From positions 1-48,938 of the forward strand of contig JAZRUJ010000065.1 in NCBI GenBank assembly GCA_045652445.1: a stretch of 48,938 nucleotides of DNA. Direction: 5' to 3'. A program made the translations under genes and the position numbers. Below are positions 10,130 to 19,375 of this stretch, in pieces; positions within the stretch are counted from its first letter, which is position 1; each line of letters opens with the position of its first letter. The DNA comes from Eubacteriales bacterium (lineage in GTDB: Bacteria; Bacillota; Clostridia; Oscillospirales; UBA644). Under the pieces are notes generated by a model that was not told the origin of the DNA, did not search any database, and saw only the letters and a program-made list of their open reading frames with translations.

Positions 10130-10197
10130 AGACGGTCGGCAATACGGATTCTTTGCTTCATGTGGTTACCCCCACTTCCGTCAGTCGCAAAGAACCG
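10125..10197 (-). ncRNA. ZMP/ZTP riboswitch (pfl motif) aptamer
   Basis: Minus strand GGTTCTTTGC-GACTGACGGAA-GTGG-GGGTAA-CCAC-ATGAA-GCAAAGAATC, linker, GCCGACCGTCTGGGCA: P1, P2, P3 and the GACGG/CCGTC pseudoknot match the known pfl architecture; sits in the pur leader. Confidence 0.93.
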
Positions 10198-10230
10198 AAG
10201 CGAACGACCCGGCCGGGCCATCCGTTATAT

Positions 10231-10259
10231 ATTATAACATAATATATTTAACTTGTCAA
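10231..10259 (-). promoter_or_regulatory. Sigma-A promoter of the pur operon
   Basis: TTGACA-N17-TATAAT with TG extension on the minus strand, directly upstream of the riboswitch. Confidence 0.88.
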
Positions 10260-10318
10260 TCGGACAAATTGCAAAATAATTGGAACAATTTCGACGGTGT
10301 TTTCGGTATCTTTTCCCA

Positions 10319-10792
10319 TTATTCCTTTTCGGTCACGGAATATCCCCGCTTGTTAAGGATATTTTTCAGTTCTTCCATAAAGGATTCCGTATCTTTAAAT
10401 TGGCGATAAACCGAGGCGTAACGGACGTAGGCTACATCGTCAATTTCCCGAAGTTTGTCCATAACCAATTCCCCGATCCGGGAAGAAGAAATTTCCTTAT
10501 CCAGGTCACTGACCAAAGAGTTTTCAATATCGGCAGATGCCTGTTCCAAAACCGTGTATGCGATGGGGCGTTTTCCGCAAGCTTTCAGCATACTGGAAAG
10601 AATTTTTTCCCGATCGAAAATTTCCCGGGATTTATCTTTTTTTACTACCACCAGGGGAGCGTGTTCCACCGCTTCAAAAGTTGTAAATCGACGGGCACAG
10701 GCTTCACATTCCCGACGGCGTTTGATTCGGTCGTCTGCGTGGCGGGAGTCTAAAACTTTACTGTCCATGCAACCGCAATAAGGGCATTTCAT
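10319..10792 (-). CDS. nrdR: Transcriptional repressor NrdR
   Basis: MKCPYCG, SKVLDSR, IKRRRECEAC, RFTTFE, ATP cone, VAYVRYASVYRQF. Confidence 0.97.
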   Translation of the reverse strand: MKCPYCGCMDSKVLDSRHADDRIKRRRECEACARRFTTFEAVEHAPLVVVKKDKSREIFDREKILSSMLKACGKRPIAYTVLEQASADIENSLVSDLDKEISSSRIGELVMDKLREIDDVAYVRYASVYRQFKDTESFMEELKNILNKRGYSVTEKE

Positions 10793-10853
10793 AGAGCATT
10801 CTCCTTTCCCCGACGGCATAAATTCCCGGGGTGCATCTTATACTGATACAGTT

Positions 10854-10882
10854 ATTATACATCAAATTGTAGAAATTGTCAA
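10854..10882 (-). promoter_or_regulatory. Sigma-A promoter of nrdR
   Basis: TTGACA-N17-TATAAT on the minus strand. Confidence 0.8.
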
Positions 10883-10905
10883 GGGCAGAAGGGAGTCGAT
10901 TTTCA

Positions 10906-11475
10906 TTGAAACAGTGGCGATGCTTGGCAGCAATCCCTGTTTATCCCGGCATTTTGATTTTAGGGGCACTTTTTCTGAAATTACCCTGGATTAACGTTCT
11001 TCTTTTAGGCTTATTAGCAGTCGCGGGAACCGGAGTTTGCATCTTATTGCTGCTCCCTAAAAAAGAACCGGAACTTCCCCGAAAATGGAAAAAAGATTTA
11101 AAGGCTTTGACAAAAACGGTGGAAAAAATCAAAAACCGTTCCGTCTATCGGGGTGGACGTAACGTGGTGACAGAATTAAAACAATGCCAACCCTCTCTCC
11201 CCTATCTATCCCCTACGGCACGGCGGGAAATTACCGAATACTATCTTCCCACATTTCTAAAATATTTCCAAGCATATGCAACATTTGAAGAATGCAACGA
11301 AGGAAACGAATCCGTATTGGAAACCATGTCCCAGATGGAAAATGCAGTGGAAACAATTGCCGAAAACTTCCAAAAAGCCTGCGACCGAAACGACCGAACT
11401 GCCACATTGAATCTTCATGCTCAAAATGCAGTCTTATACAAAAAACTAAACTTGGGAGAAGACGACCATGACTGA
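10906..11475 (+). CDS. XpaC-like membrane protein (5-bromo-4-chloroindolyl phosphate hydrolysis family)
   Basis: Two N-terminal hydrophobic helices, YYLPT motif, helical C-terminus; overlaps the TelA gene as in B. subtilis xpaC-yaaN; TTG start behind GAAGGGAG. Confidence 0.7.
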   Translation: MKQWRCLAAIPVYPGILILGALFLKLPWINVLLLGLLAVAGTGVCILLLLPKKEPELPRKWKKDLKALTKTVEKIKNRSVYRGGRNVVTELKQCQPSLPYLSPTARREITEYYLPTFLKYFQAYATFEECNEGNESVLETMSQMENAVETIAENFQKACDRNDRTATLNLHAQNAVLYKKLNLGEDDHD

Positions 11476-12478
11476 AACAATCCACCCTTCCGTACCCTCT
11501 CTAGACGACGTAAACGGGGTGCTGAATTACGGTGCCGACGCACAAAACCGGGTGGCGGAATTTTCCCAGATTGTTCTGGCAGATTTAAACGAATCAAACC
11601 TGGAAAACATCAACGATAAGGTTACGGCTCTCATAGTGCATTTAAGGGAGACGGACAAGAAAGAAAAACACGATAAAACACAGTTTTTTCGAAGACGTAC
11701 ATCAGCCGACAATATTAAAAATCGATACCGAAAAGCCTGTGAAGCGGTGGATAAAATAAGTTTATCTTTGCAAGGTCACCGAGACGCCTTGTTACGGGAC
11801 ATTGAGCGAATGGATCTTTTGTACGCCATGAACAAAGAACAATACGAGGCGTTGACTTCCTATTTACAACAAGGGAAAAAAGCTCTGGAATTTTTTTATA
11901 CGCAACGAGTCCTTCCTTTGCAAGAAGAAAGCCAACGGACGGAGGATCCGGAACTTATTCAACAGGCCAGGGACACCTCGGAACAATACGACCGGTTTGC
12001 AAAAAAGCTTCACGATCTCGAATTGACCCGTGCTGTTTCTCTGCAAATGGCACCTCAAATCAGAATGCTACAAAACAACAATACTATTCTTGCGGAAAAA
12101 ATTCAGTCTTCCGTCGTAAATACAATTCCTCTGTGGAAAAGTCAGATGATATTGACCCTAAGCATGGAACATTCCCGGTCCGCCATCGAATTGCAACAAA
12201 AAGCATCTCATATCACCGAGGAATTATTAAGACAAAATGCCCGGGCGTTAAAAGAGACCACCCTGACGGTGACCCGGGAGGGAGAACGAAGCTTGATCCA
12301 CGTGGAAACCCTGAAAGAGACCAATCAAATTTTAATCGAAACGCTGGACGAAATGCTGAAGATTCGTCAAGAGGGGCAAAAAGCTCGTCTGTTGGCAGAA
12401 GAAGAATTGAAACGGCTTCAGCGGGAGATTCGGTTGAGGCTGACCGAGAAGAATACGCCCCACCTTTCTTTAGAATAA
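11468..12478 (+). CDS. Toxic anion resistance protein (TelA family)
   Basis: VLNYGADAQ, KLHDLELTRAVSLQMAPQIRMLQNNN, NTIPLWKSQM, ETLKETNQILI. Confidence 0.92.
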   Translation: MTETIHPSVPSLDDVNGVLNYGADAQNRVAEFSQIVLADLNESNLENINDKVTALIVHLRETDKKEKHDKTQFFRRRTSADNIKNRYRKACEAVDKISLSLQGHRDALLRDIERMDLLYAMNKEQYEALTSYLQQGKKALEFFYTQRVLPLQEESQRTEDPELIQQARDTSEQYDRFAKKLHDLELTRAVSLQMAPQIRMLQNNNTILAEKIQSSVVNTIPLWKSQMILTLSMEHSRSAIELQQKASHITEELLRQNARALKETTLTVTREGERSLIHVETLKETNQILIETLDEMLKIRQEGQKARLLAEEELKRLQREIRLRLTEKNTPHLSLE

Positions 12479-12514
12479 AAAAGAGACGGGATCATTCTCC
12501 CGTCTTTTCTTTTT
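12478..12514. terminator. Bidirectional intrinsic terminator (telA / ispD)
   Basis: AGACGGGA-TCATTC-TCCCGTCT flanked by A and T runs between convergent genes. Confidence 0.75.
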
Positions 12515-13181
12515 CCATTCGCCGTAACAAAATTTGTTGTGCCCGGAAGGCATCTTCTTTGGTTGTGATTTTAAAATTCTCCCCTTGGCACAAAATCATT
12601 TTTACCTTTCCTCCGGCAGCACGGTACAAGCCCGCATCGTCGGTATATTGTCCGGCTACACTGTGGCAGGCTTGCCAATAACCGACTCGGTCGAAAACTT
12701 GAGGCGTTGCTGCAGCAATCAGCGTATTTCGGTCGGGGGTGGAAGAAATATATCCTTCTTCATCCACCTGCTGAATCGTATCGACAACAGGCGTTCCGGC
12801 ACAAACGGCACCATACTTAACGGCATTGCGGTGAATCCGGTCAATTTCTTCGGGCAAAATCAGGGGTCTTGCTCCGTCATGAATGGAGACAAAATCCACG
12901 TCAGGCAAAGCTTCTACGCCATTTTTTACGGATTCCTGGCGGGTTTTCCCCCCTTCGACGACGGCAACCACTTTGGGAAAATCACGAGTCAGCTCCCGAA
13001 CGAAGCAAAGGCTTTCTTTTCGGGTGACGATCACGATGGATGAAACGGTTTTCGCCTGTTCAAAAGCCCAAAGAGTATGAAAAAGAACGGGCTTTCCCAA
13101 TAAATCAAAGGATAGTTTATCTTCTCCGAATCTTTTGCCGGATCCGGCGGCAGGAATGATAACGCCAAAGGTCTTTGCCAT
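12492..13181 (-). CDS. ispD: 2-C-methyl-D-erythritol 4-phosphate cytidylyltransferase
   Basis: IPAAGSGKRF, GGKTRQESV, IHDGARPL, TPQVF, TDDA, NFKITT. Confidence 0.93.
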   Translation of the reverse strand: MAKTFGVIIPAAGSGKRFGEDKLSFDLLGKPVLFHTLWAFEQAKTVSSIVIVTRKESLCFVRELTRDFPKVVAVVEGGKTRQESVKNGVEALPDVDFVSIHDGARPLILPEEIDRIHRNAVKYGAVCAGTPVVDTIQQVDEEGYISSTPDRNTLIAAATPQVFDRVGYWQACHSVAGQYTDDAGLYRAAGGKVKMILCQGENFKITTKEDAFRAQQILLRRMEKEKTGE

Positions 13182-13246
13182 GGTATGCTCCTTTTGTGAT
13201 GTGCGTGTTGTTTGCCTTGATGTTGCATGTTGCATTTTTCGCTTTT

Positions 13247-13275
13247 ATTATACCATTCCCCGATAAAATTGTCAA
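13247..13275 (-). promoter_or_regulatory. Sigma-A promoter of ispD
   Basis: TTGACA-N17-TATAAT with TG extension on the minus strand. Confidence 0.8.
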
Positions 13276-13373
13276 GAGCGATAGGACTTTTCAGAAATGT
13301 CACGATTTCGTGGCGATTTCTTAATATTATCATAGTATTATTAAATTAAGTACTCCGAAAGGACGAGTTTTTT

Positions 13374-14015
13374 ATGATTCAAGTATCTCCTTCCCTGTTA
13401 GCCGCTGATTTTTGTGATATGAAGCGGGAAATTGAAAGCATTTCCAACGCAGATCTTTTACACGTTGACATTATGGACGGGCAGTTTGTTCCCAACCTTT
13501 CCTTTGGACTTCCCTCGGTGGAAGCCCTTCACAAATGCACCGATATTCCCTTGGACGTGCATTTGATGATTATCAAGCCCGGTGATTATATCGAACGGTT
13601 TGCAAAAGCCGGGGCAGACATTATTACCTTCCACGTGGAAAGCGACTGCGATATTGCCGAATGTATTGCAAAAATTAAAAATTGCGGCAAAAAAGCGGGG
13701 CTTGTTATCAAACCTGCAACCCCCATCGACACGGTCCTTCCCTATCTGGACGACCTGTATATGGTGCTAATCATGACCGTTGAACCGGGCTTCGGCGGAC
13801 AAAAATGCAAAGTAGAATGCTTTGAAAAGGTCCGGGCTTTGCGAAAAGAAATCGAAGCAAGAGGTCTTGCCACCCACATTGAAGTGGACGGTGGTATTAC
13901 AGCAGAAAACGCTCCCGTCGTGGTCGAAGCCGGGGCAGATATTTTGGTCGCCGGCTCTTCCGTGTTCGGGGCCGCAGACCGCAAGGGTGCTATCGCACAA
14001 ATGAAAGGAGTTTAA
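13374..14015 (+). CDS. rpe: Ribulose-phosphate 3-epimerase
   Basis: SPSLLAADF, HVDIMDGQFVPN, DVHLM, MTVEPGFGGQ, EVDGGI, VAGS. Confidence 0.97.
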   Translation: MIQVSPSLLAADFCDMKREIESISNADLLHVDIMDGQFVPNLSFGLPSVEALHKCTDIPLDVHLMIIKPGDYIERFAKAGADIITFHVESDCDIAECIAKIKNCGKKAGLVIKPATPIDTVLPYLDDLYMVLIMTVEPGFGGQKCKVECFEKVRALRKEIEARGLATHIEVDGGITAENAPVVVEAGADILVAGSSVFGAADRKGAIAQMKGV

Positions 14016-14018
14016 GCG

Positions 14019-14642
14019 ATGTTGTTCATGCCCTCCTACGAAAAAATTTTACGGGAAGTTACGGTAGATATTCGCAATTTTATTACAAACCCGGAAACCA
14101 CCGTGGTCGTAAATATGGACACCATCAACGGCTTTTTTAAAAAAGGGAAATTAGCCTCCAACCGGCTGAAAGCCATTATCCCTCAAATCAAGCAGGTCAA
14201 TGAATATTATTTAGACAGTCCCAAACTGTTTTTTGCAGACACCCATACCTCCGACTCGGAAGAATTTGATACCTATCCGGAACATTGTGTGGACAAGTAT
14301 GAACAGGAAATCATTTCCGAATTAGAAGATTTTGCTCAAGTGGGCGACGTGATTGCAAAGAACTGTACCAACGGATTTTTCTGTAAAGAATATCTGGCTT
14401 GGCTTGCAAAACACAAGGAAATCGAAAATATCGTTATCGTAGGTGGCTGCACGGACATTTGCGTAATGCAGTTTGCTCTTGCCATGCGGGCATATTGGAA
14501 CGAACAGAACAATAACAACCGTATTATCGTTATTGAAAACGCCGTACAAACCTACCACGACGACATTCATAACGGCGATTTGATGCACAGCTTTGCCCTG
14601 TTCAACATGTACATGAACGGGATTAAAATTGCCCGGCTGTAA
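14019..14642 (+). CDS. Isochorismatase / nicotinamidase-family cysteine hydrolase
   Basis: MDTINGF, DTH, YPEHCV, KN, GGCTDICV catalytic motifs. Confidence 0.85.
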   Translation: MLFMPSYEKILREVTVDIRNFITNPETTVVVNMDTINGFFKKGKLASNRLKAIIPQIKQVNEYYLDSPKLFFADTHTSDSEEFDTYPEHCVDKYEQEIISELEDFAQVGDVIAKNCTNGFFCKEYLAWLAKHKEIENIVIVGGCTDICVMQFALAMRAYWNEQNNNNRIIVIENAVQTYHDDIHNGDLMHSFALFNMYMNGIKIARL

Positions 14643-14645
14643 TTT

Positions 14646-14996
14646 ATGGAATTAACGGAAATTCAAAAATTATATCAGAGGATCCCCTCTTTTTCTTGCA
14701 AAGAGGGGTGTACCCGGTGTTGCGATAATTGGGTTCAGTCTGCACCGGAAGAAGCAGCACGGTGCGGTGGATTTGAATTTTGCGAAAGAGATTGCCCAAA
14801 GCTGACCGAAACCGGCTGTTCTGTCTACGAAAACCGACCTCTGATCTGCCGATTATTCGCATCCTCCGAGCTGATGCCCTGTCCTTACGGATACGGTCCG
14901 GAAACACCGTTGAGCGAAGAGGAAACCAAAGAAATCTTAAAAACCTATCTACGATTGAAAAAGGAGCAGGAAGACTATGGCAAAAACAACGGCTAA
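14646..14996 (+). CDS. YkgJ family cysteine-cluster protein
   Basis: CKEGCTRCC, CPKL, CSVYENRPLICRLF. Confidence 0.85.
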   Translation: MELTEIQKLYQRIPSFSCKEGCTRCCDNWVQSAPEEAARCGGFEFCERDCPKLTETGCSVYENRPLICRLFASSELMPCPYGYGPETPLSEEETKEILKTYLRLKKEQEDYGKNNG

Positions 14997-16338
14997 AGCA
15001 AAAACCGTGTACGTCTGTTCCGAATGCGGAAACGAAAATCCAAAATGGGCAGGACAATGTCCTGCTTGCGGAGCATGGAACTCCTTTTTTGAGCAAAAAG
15101 TAGAACCGGAGAAAAACACGCTGAAAACACCCTCCGATCCCTTAAGACGTGCCACACCGAAACGGTTGCATGAAATTACGGCAGAGAGCGAACTTCGACA
15201 ATCTACCGGAATTTCCGAATTGGATCGGGTGCTGGGAGGCGGAATCGTGAAAGGTTCGCTGATTTTGGTCAGCGGGGAACCGGGCATCGGGAAATCCACA
15301 ATTCTGCTTCAAATGTGCATGAAAATGCGGGATATGAAGATCCTGTACGTTTCCGGGGAAGAATCCCCCCGACAAATTAAATTACGGGCAGACCGGGTGG
15401 GGCAATACCCGGAAAATCTGTTTATTCTTTCGGAAACCGATATTGCAGAAGTGGTTGCCCGAACCGAGGAAACGGCTCCAGATATTTTAGTGGTGGACTC
15501 CATTCAGACCATGTACCGGCAAGATATGACGTCAGCTCCCGGCTCGGTACCGCAAGTACGGGAATGCACTTGCGAATTGATGCGGATTGCAAAAACCATG
15601 GAAATTCCAACCTTTGTCGTCAGCCACGTAAATAAGGAAGGTGCCATCGCCGGTCCGAAAGTGATGGAGCACATGGTAGACGCGGTCTTATATTTTGAAG
15701 GAGAACGGTCTTCCGATCACCGCATTTTACGTGCCATTAAAAACCGCTTTGGTTCCACCAATGAAATCGGCGTATTTGAAATGACCGAAGAAGGATTGAA
15801 AGAGATCCCCAATCCTTCGGAACTGTTTTTGTTGGACAAGCCGGAAAACGTATCGGGGATTGCAACGCTGTGTGTTATGGAAGGAACCCGTCCGATTATT
15901 GCGGAAGTGCAGACCTTGGTTTCCAAAACGCCCTTCCCCTCTCCCCGAAGAACGGCGGTAGGCTTTGATTATCAACGGCTAAATTTGATTTTAGCGGTAC
16001 TGGAACGGCGATGCAATCTGTTCTTTGGAACGAGCGACGTTTACGTGAACGTTATCGGCGGATTGCGGCTAGACGAACCGGCGGCAGATCTGGGGGTGGC
16101 GGTTGCCATCATTTCCGCTGCAAAGGATTTTGTTTTGCCGGAAAAAACCATGTTCGTAGGAGAAATCGGTCTTGCGGGAGAATTGCGGGCCGTATCGGGC
16201 ATTGAAAAACGGTTGCACGAAGCGGCATCGTTAGGGTTTACCCGTGCGGTGATTCCTGCCCGAAATAAGCCGAAAGGGAATTTTAATCTGGAAATTATTC
16301 CCGCCTACTCCATTAAAGACGTTTTGAACAAGATATAA
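14977..16338 (+). CDS. radA: DNA repair protein RadA/Sms
   Basis: C4 zinc finger CSECG...CPACG, GEPGIGKST, KNRFG, Lon-like C-terminus GEIGLAGE. Confidence 0.97.
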   Translation: MAKTTAKAKTVYVCSECGNENPKWAGQCPACGAWNSFFEQKVEPEKNTLKTPSDPLRRATPKRLHEITAESELRQSTGISELDRVLGGGIVKGSLILVSGEPGIGKSTILLQMCMKMRDMKILYVSGEESPRQIKLRADRVGQYPENLFILSETDIAEVVARTEETAPDILVVDSIQTMYRQDMTSAPGSVPQVRECTCELMRIAKTMEIPTFVVSHVNKEGAIAGPKVMEHMVDAVLYFEGERSSDHRILRAIKNRFGSTNEIGVFEMTEEGLKEIPNPSELFLLDKPENVSGIATLCVMEGTRPIIAEVQTLVSKTPFPSPRRTAVGFDYQRLNLILAVLERRCNLFFGTSDVYVNVIGGLRLDEPAADLGVAVAIISAAKDFVLPEKTMFVGEIGLAGELRAVSGIEKRLHEAASLGFTRAVIPARNKPKGNFNLEIIPAYSIKDVLNKI

Positions 16339-16350
16339 AGGATATTTAAC

Positions 16351-17154
16351 GTGACACCCTACGTATTTTTTCTTGACATTGACGACACCATTCTTTATAA
16401 AAAAGACAAATCCGATCCGGGAACGGTGTCACAACGGGTTTTAACTGCCATGAAAACCGCCCGAGAACTGGGGCATAAGGTTTTTATCAATACGGGTCGG
16501 GCACCGTCCTATTTTACCGATACCATTCGAAATTTCCCCGTGGACGGTTATGTATGCGGATGCGGAGCATACCTGTTAGAAAACGGAAAGGTTCTGTATC
16601 AGGCAACATATCCCGATAACGCCATTCTGAAGTGGATGCAACGGCTTTCCTCCCCCGGAGATCCGGGAATTATCGTGGAGGGCGTGGACAGGATTTTTCG
16701 TTATCGCAACTGTTATTGGGTGGCAGATCCGGATTGGATCGTCAGCGATTCCGTAGAAGATTTTAAGGAATATTTAAAACACGACACCATCGTAAAAGCG
16801 AGCATTTGCAACGATATTCCGAAAAAACTGTTTACCGAAATCCTGCCGGAACTGGAAGAGGATTTTTGGGTAATTCACCACCCTACGGAACATTACACCG
16901 AATGCTGCATCAAAGGTTGCTCCAAGGCGACGGGAATGAAAAAGATCATGGATCATTTGGGCTTGGACATGAGCCGAAGTGTTGCCATCGGCGACAGCGA
17001 AAACGATTTGGACATGATCAAAGCCGCGGGCATTGGCGTGGTGATGGGTCAGGCAAGGGAGGAAATCAAACAATTTGCCGACCGGATCTGTGACGATATC
17101 CAAAACGACGGTGCCGCCAAAATCATAGAAGAGTTGATTGGAATGGAATTGTGA
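16351..17154 (+). CDS. Cof-type HAD-IIB hydrolase
   Basis: FLDIDDTI, NTGR, SKATG, IGDSENDLDM. Confidence 0.9.
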   Translation: MTPYVFFLDIDDTILYKKDKSDPGTVSQRVLTAMKTARELGHKVFINTGRAPSYFTDTIRNFPVDGYVCGCGAYLLENGKVLYQATYPDNAILKWMQRLSSPGDPGIIVEGVDRIFRYRNCYWVADPDWIVSDSVEDFKEYLKHDTIVKASICNDIPKKLFTEILPELEEDFWVIHHPTEHYTECCIKGCSKATGMKKIMDHLGLDMSRSVAIGDSENDLDMIKAAGIGVVMGQAREEIKQFADRICDDIQNDGAAKIIEELIGMEL

Positions 17155-17162
17155 CGTAAAAT

Positions 17163-17197
17163 AAAAAACCACCCGGTAGATTCCGGGTGATTTTTTT
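17163..17197. terminator. Bidirectional intrinsic terminator
   Basis: AAAAAA-C-CACCCGG-TAGATT-CCGGGTG-A-TTTTTTT between convergent genes. Confidence 0.75.
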
Positions 17198-18428
17198 ATG
17201 CAGTTTTGCGAGTTTTGTACAGTCGAATATAAACGAACGTTCCGATCAGGGGGAACAGCATTCCCACCAACATGGCAAGTTTCATTCCCAATTGATCGGG
17301 AGAGGTGTTCCAAGTTTCTGCCAGGGAAACAACCAAAGGATTGACCGAGGCAAGGTCGGCGACAACCCCTACCAATTGAGGACCAACCGACGCACCTAAA
17401 TCTCCCCCGGCTGCCATCAAAGCGTAGATAAATACACCGCCGGCAGGGAACCGCTCCGATGCCACGATCAAATTTCCCGGCCAAAGCATGGAAACGGCAA
17501 AGCCGGTAAAGGCACAAGAAACAAGCCCAATCAAGGGGAACGGCGAAATGGCGGAAATCAAATAACAAAGAGTGGTAGAAATACAGCAGAATACCAACAC
17601 TTTTTCCAAGTGTTTCCCAAATTTCCCATATAGGGAACGTCCCAAGCCCATGAAGACCGAAAACATGGCGACACCAAACACGTCACCCCATACTTTGGGA
17701 ATTGACAAAGCTTGTTCCAGGTATCCAGAAGACCACTGTGCCATGGAAAGTTCCGATGCGCCGGCTAAAAAGATAGCAAAAACCGAGAACCAAACCCCTT
17801 TGTTTTTGAGAAGATGGAATGCCCCCGATACTTTTTGAGGGGTTTCCATTTCCGGCAAAGTTGCCCCGGAGAAAAGCAAAACGGAAGTTAAAGGAATCAG
17901 AGCAAACAACAAAGGAAGCCATTGCCAATGATTACTGCCAAACAAAAACAGGTAAGCCGTACTGAACAAAACGACCCCGACAACGCCCCATGCGTAGACC
18001 GAGTGAAGTTTACTCATTTCCCGGTCGGGATCTTTCGAGGGCAGGGCGGCGATCGTGGGACTGATCAATACTTCCGTAAGTCCGGACGCGGCGGAAAAGA
18101 TTACCGTCCCCACCGCCAGCCAAAGATAGGCAGATTGCGGGAAAAAGTAGGGAAACAATCCAAAGATCACCATACCCACGATGGAGATTCCGGGAATGGT
18201 GCGGACCAATTTTTGAATATTGAATTTATGGGAAAAGGACGAGAGAATTAAATCGACTGCTAATTGGGTTATAAAATTGATAAAGACCAAAAGCCCCAGC
18301 AAGGTGTAGGAAATCCCATAAAGATTCCGAAAGGTCAAAAACAGCACCGGGGACATGTTGCTCACTGCAGACATGGTGAGGTTGACCGTATAACAGGCTA
18401 ATCTGACTCGTTTTTGATTTTCGTCCAT
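17196..18428 (-). CDS. MFS transporter
   Basis: About 12 hydrophobic helices in two halves, MFS-like loops; start trimmed to MDENQK. Confidence 0.85.
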   Translation of the reverse strand: MDENQKRVRLACYTVNLTMSAVSNMSPVLFLTFRNLYGISYTLLGLLVFINFITQLAVDLILSSFSHKFNIQKLVRTIPGISIVGMVIFGLFPYFFPQSAYLWLAVGTVIFSAASGLTEVLISPTIAALPSKDPDREMSKLHSVYAWGVVGVVLFSTAYLFLFGSNHWQWLPLLFALIPLTSVLLFSGATLPEMETPQKVSGAFHLLKNKGVWFSVFAIFLAGASELSMAQWSSGYLEQALSIPKVWGDVFGVAMFSVFMGLGRSLYGKFGKHLEKVLVFCCISTTLCYLISAISPFPLIGLVSCAFTGFAVSMLWPGNLIVASERFPAGGVFIYALMAAGGDLGASVGPQLVGVVADLASVNPLVVSLAETWNTSPDQLGMKLAMLVGMLFPLIGTFVYIRLYKTRKTA

Positions 18429-18469
18429 TATTTTTACTCCAGAGAGAAAGAGCAACTTTCGTTGCTCTT

Positions 18470-19375
18470 TTAGTCATTGAAATGATAGATCATATTCCAG
18501 ACGGGAATCCCACGCTCGGCAACTCCGTCGCTTTCGGGAACAAAGCCCACCCGTTGACAAAGGCGGCAAGAAGGAACGTTTTCTTTCCGAACCCGGGCGG
18601 TAACGAAAGAATATCCCTTTTCTTTGGCGATCTTCAGCAAGGCACAAATTGCTTGCGTTCCATAGGTTTTCCCCCGATAATCCGAAAAAATACAAACACC
18701 GGCGGAAACCGTCCCCACATCCTGTTCGGTCATTTGAACGTAGCCTACAACCTGATCTTCCACCGTGATAGCAAAAAATTCGGCATACCGACCTTCAAAA
18801 ATTTTGGTATTCCATTGTTCTACAATATTATATATGCTCTTGTCGGAACGTTTGGAATACAGATACCTCTTCAACACGGGGACGTCATCAAAGGTAAAGG
18901 ATCGAAGAGATATGGATTTTGCTTCCGGCTTTTGGCGAAGAGATTGGAAAAATTGAGAGAGAAGAGAGGAACATTCCTCTTCCAAAATCCCGGAAACAAC
19001 GTTGGGCTGATGATTAAAGGGCAATTTAGTTAAATCGCAAACACTTCCCATACATCCGGCCTTGGAATCCATGGCACCGATATATACGGTTGCGATCCGA
19101 GCGTTGATAATAGCTCCGGCACACATGGGACAGGGTTCTAAGGTAACGTACATTTCACAATCGGAAAGACGCCAATCACCGACTTTTTTACAGGCACGGT
19201 TGAGTGCGACGATCTCTGCATGCAAAAGAGCGTTTTTCCCGGTTTCCCGGCGATTATATCCGGTAGCGATAACTTTTCCCTTTCGGACAATAACCGCACC
19301 GACGGGGACTTCCCCCTGTTCTGCGGCCTTTTTTGCACAGGCGATTGCCCGTGCCATAAACCGTTCCCGGCTCAT
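18470..19375 (-). CDS. tadA: tRNA adenosine(34) deaminase TadA fused to a C-terminal GNAT acetyltransferase domain
   Basis: N-half EVPVGAVIV, HAE, TLEPCPMCAGAI, FFQSLR; C-half YRGKTYGT (acetyl-CoA motif A) and NVPSCRLCQRVGF. Confidence 0.88.
   Translation of the reverse strand: MSRERFMARAIACAKKAAEQGEVPVGAVIVRKGKVIATGYNRRETGKNALLHAEIVALNRACKKVGDWRLSDCEMYVTLEPCPMCAGAIINARIATVYIGAMDSKAGCMGSVCDLTKLPFNHQPNVVSGILEEECSSLLSQFFQSLRQKPEAKSISLRSFTFDDVPVLKRYLYSKRSDKSIYNIVEQWNTKIFEGRYAEFFAITVEDQVVGYVQMTEQDVGTVSAGVCIFSDYRGKTYGTQAICALLKIAKEKGYSFVTARVRKENVPSCRLCQRVGFVPESDGVAERGIPVWNMIYHFND

Noticed and set aside
10227-10247. Shared TATTAT...ATAATA palindromes at the pur, asp23 (about 24502) and pot upstream regions as a common operator
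   Set aside because: Spacing differs (3, 2 and 4 nt) and the motif is AT-only and overlaps -10-like boxes, so chance is a sufficient explanation
10906-12478. xpaC-telA as a novel defence or toxin pair
   Set aside because: Well-known conserved pair (B. subtilis xpaC-yaaN type)
13182-13240. CA-rich ispD leader with TGCAACA tandem and an upstream in-frame ATG
   Set aside because: Only two copies; the downstream ATG has the real RBS (AAAAGGAG); looks like an ordinary unstructured leader
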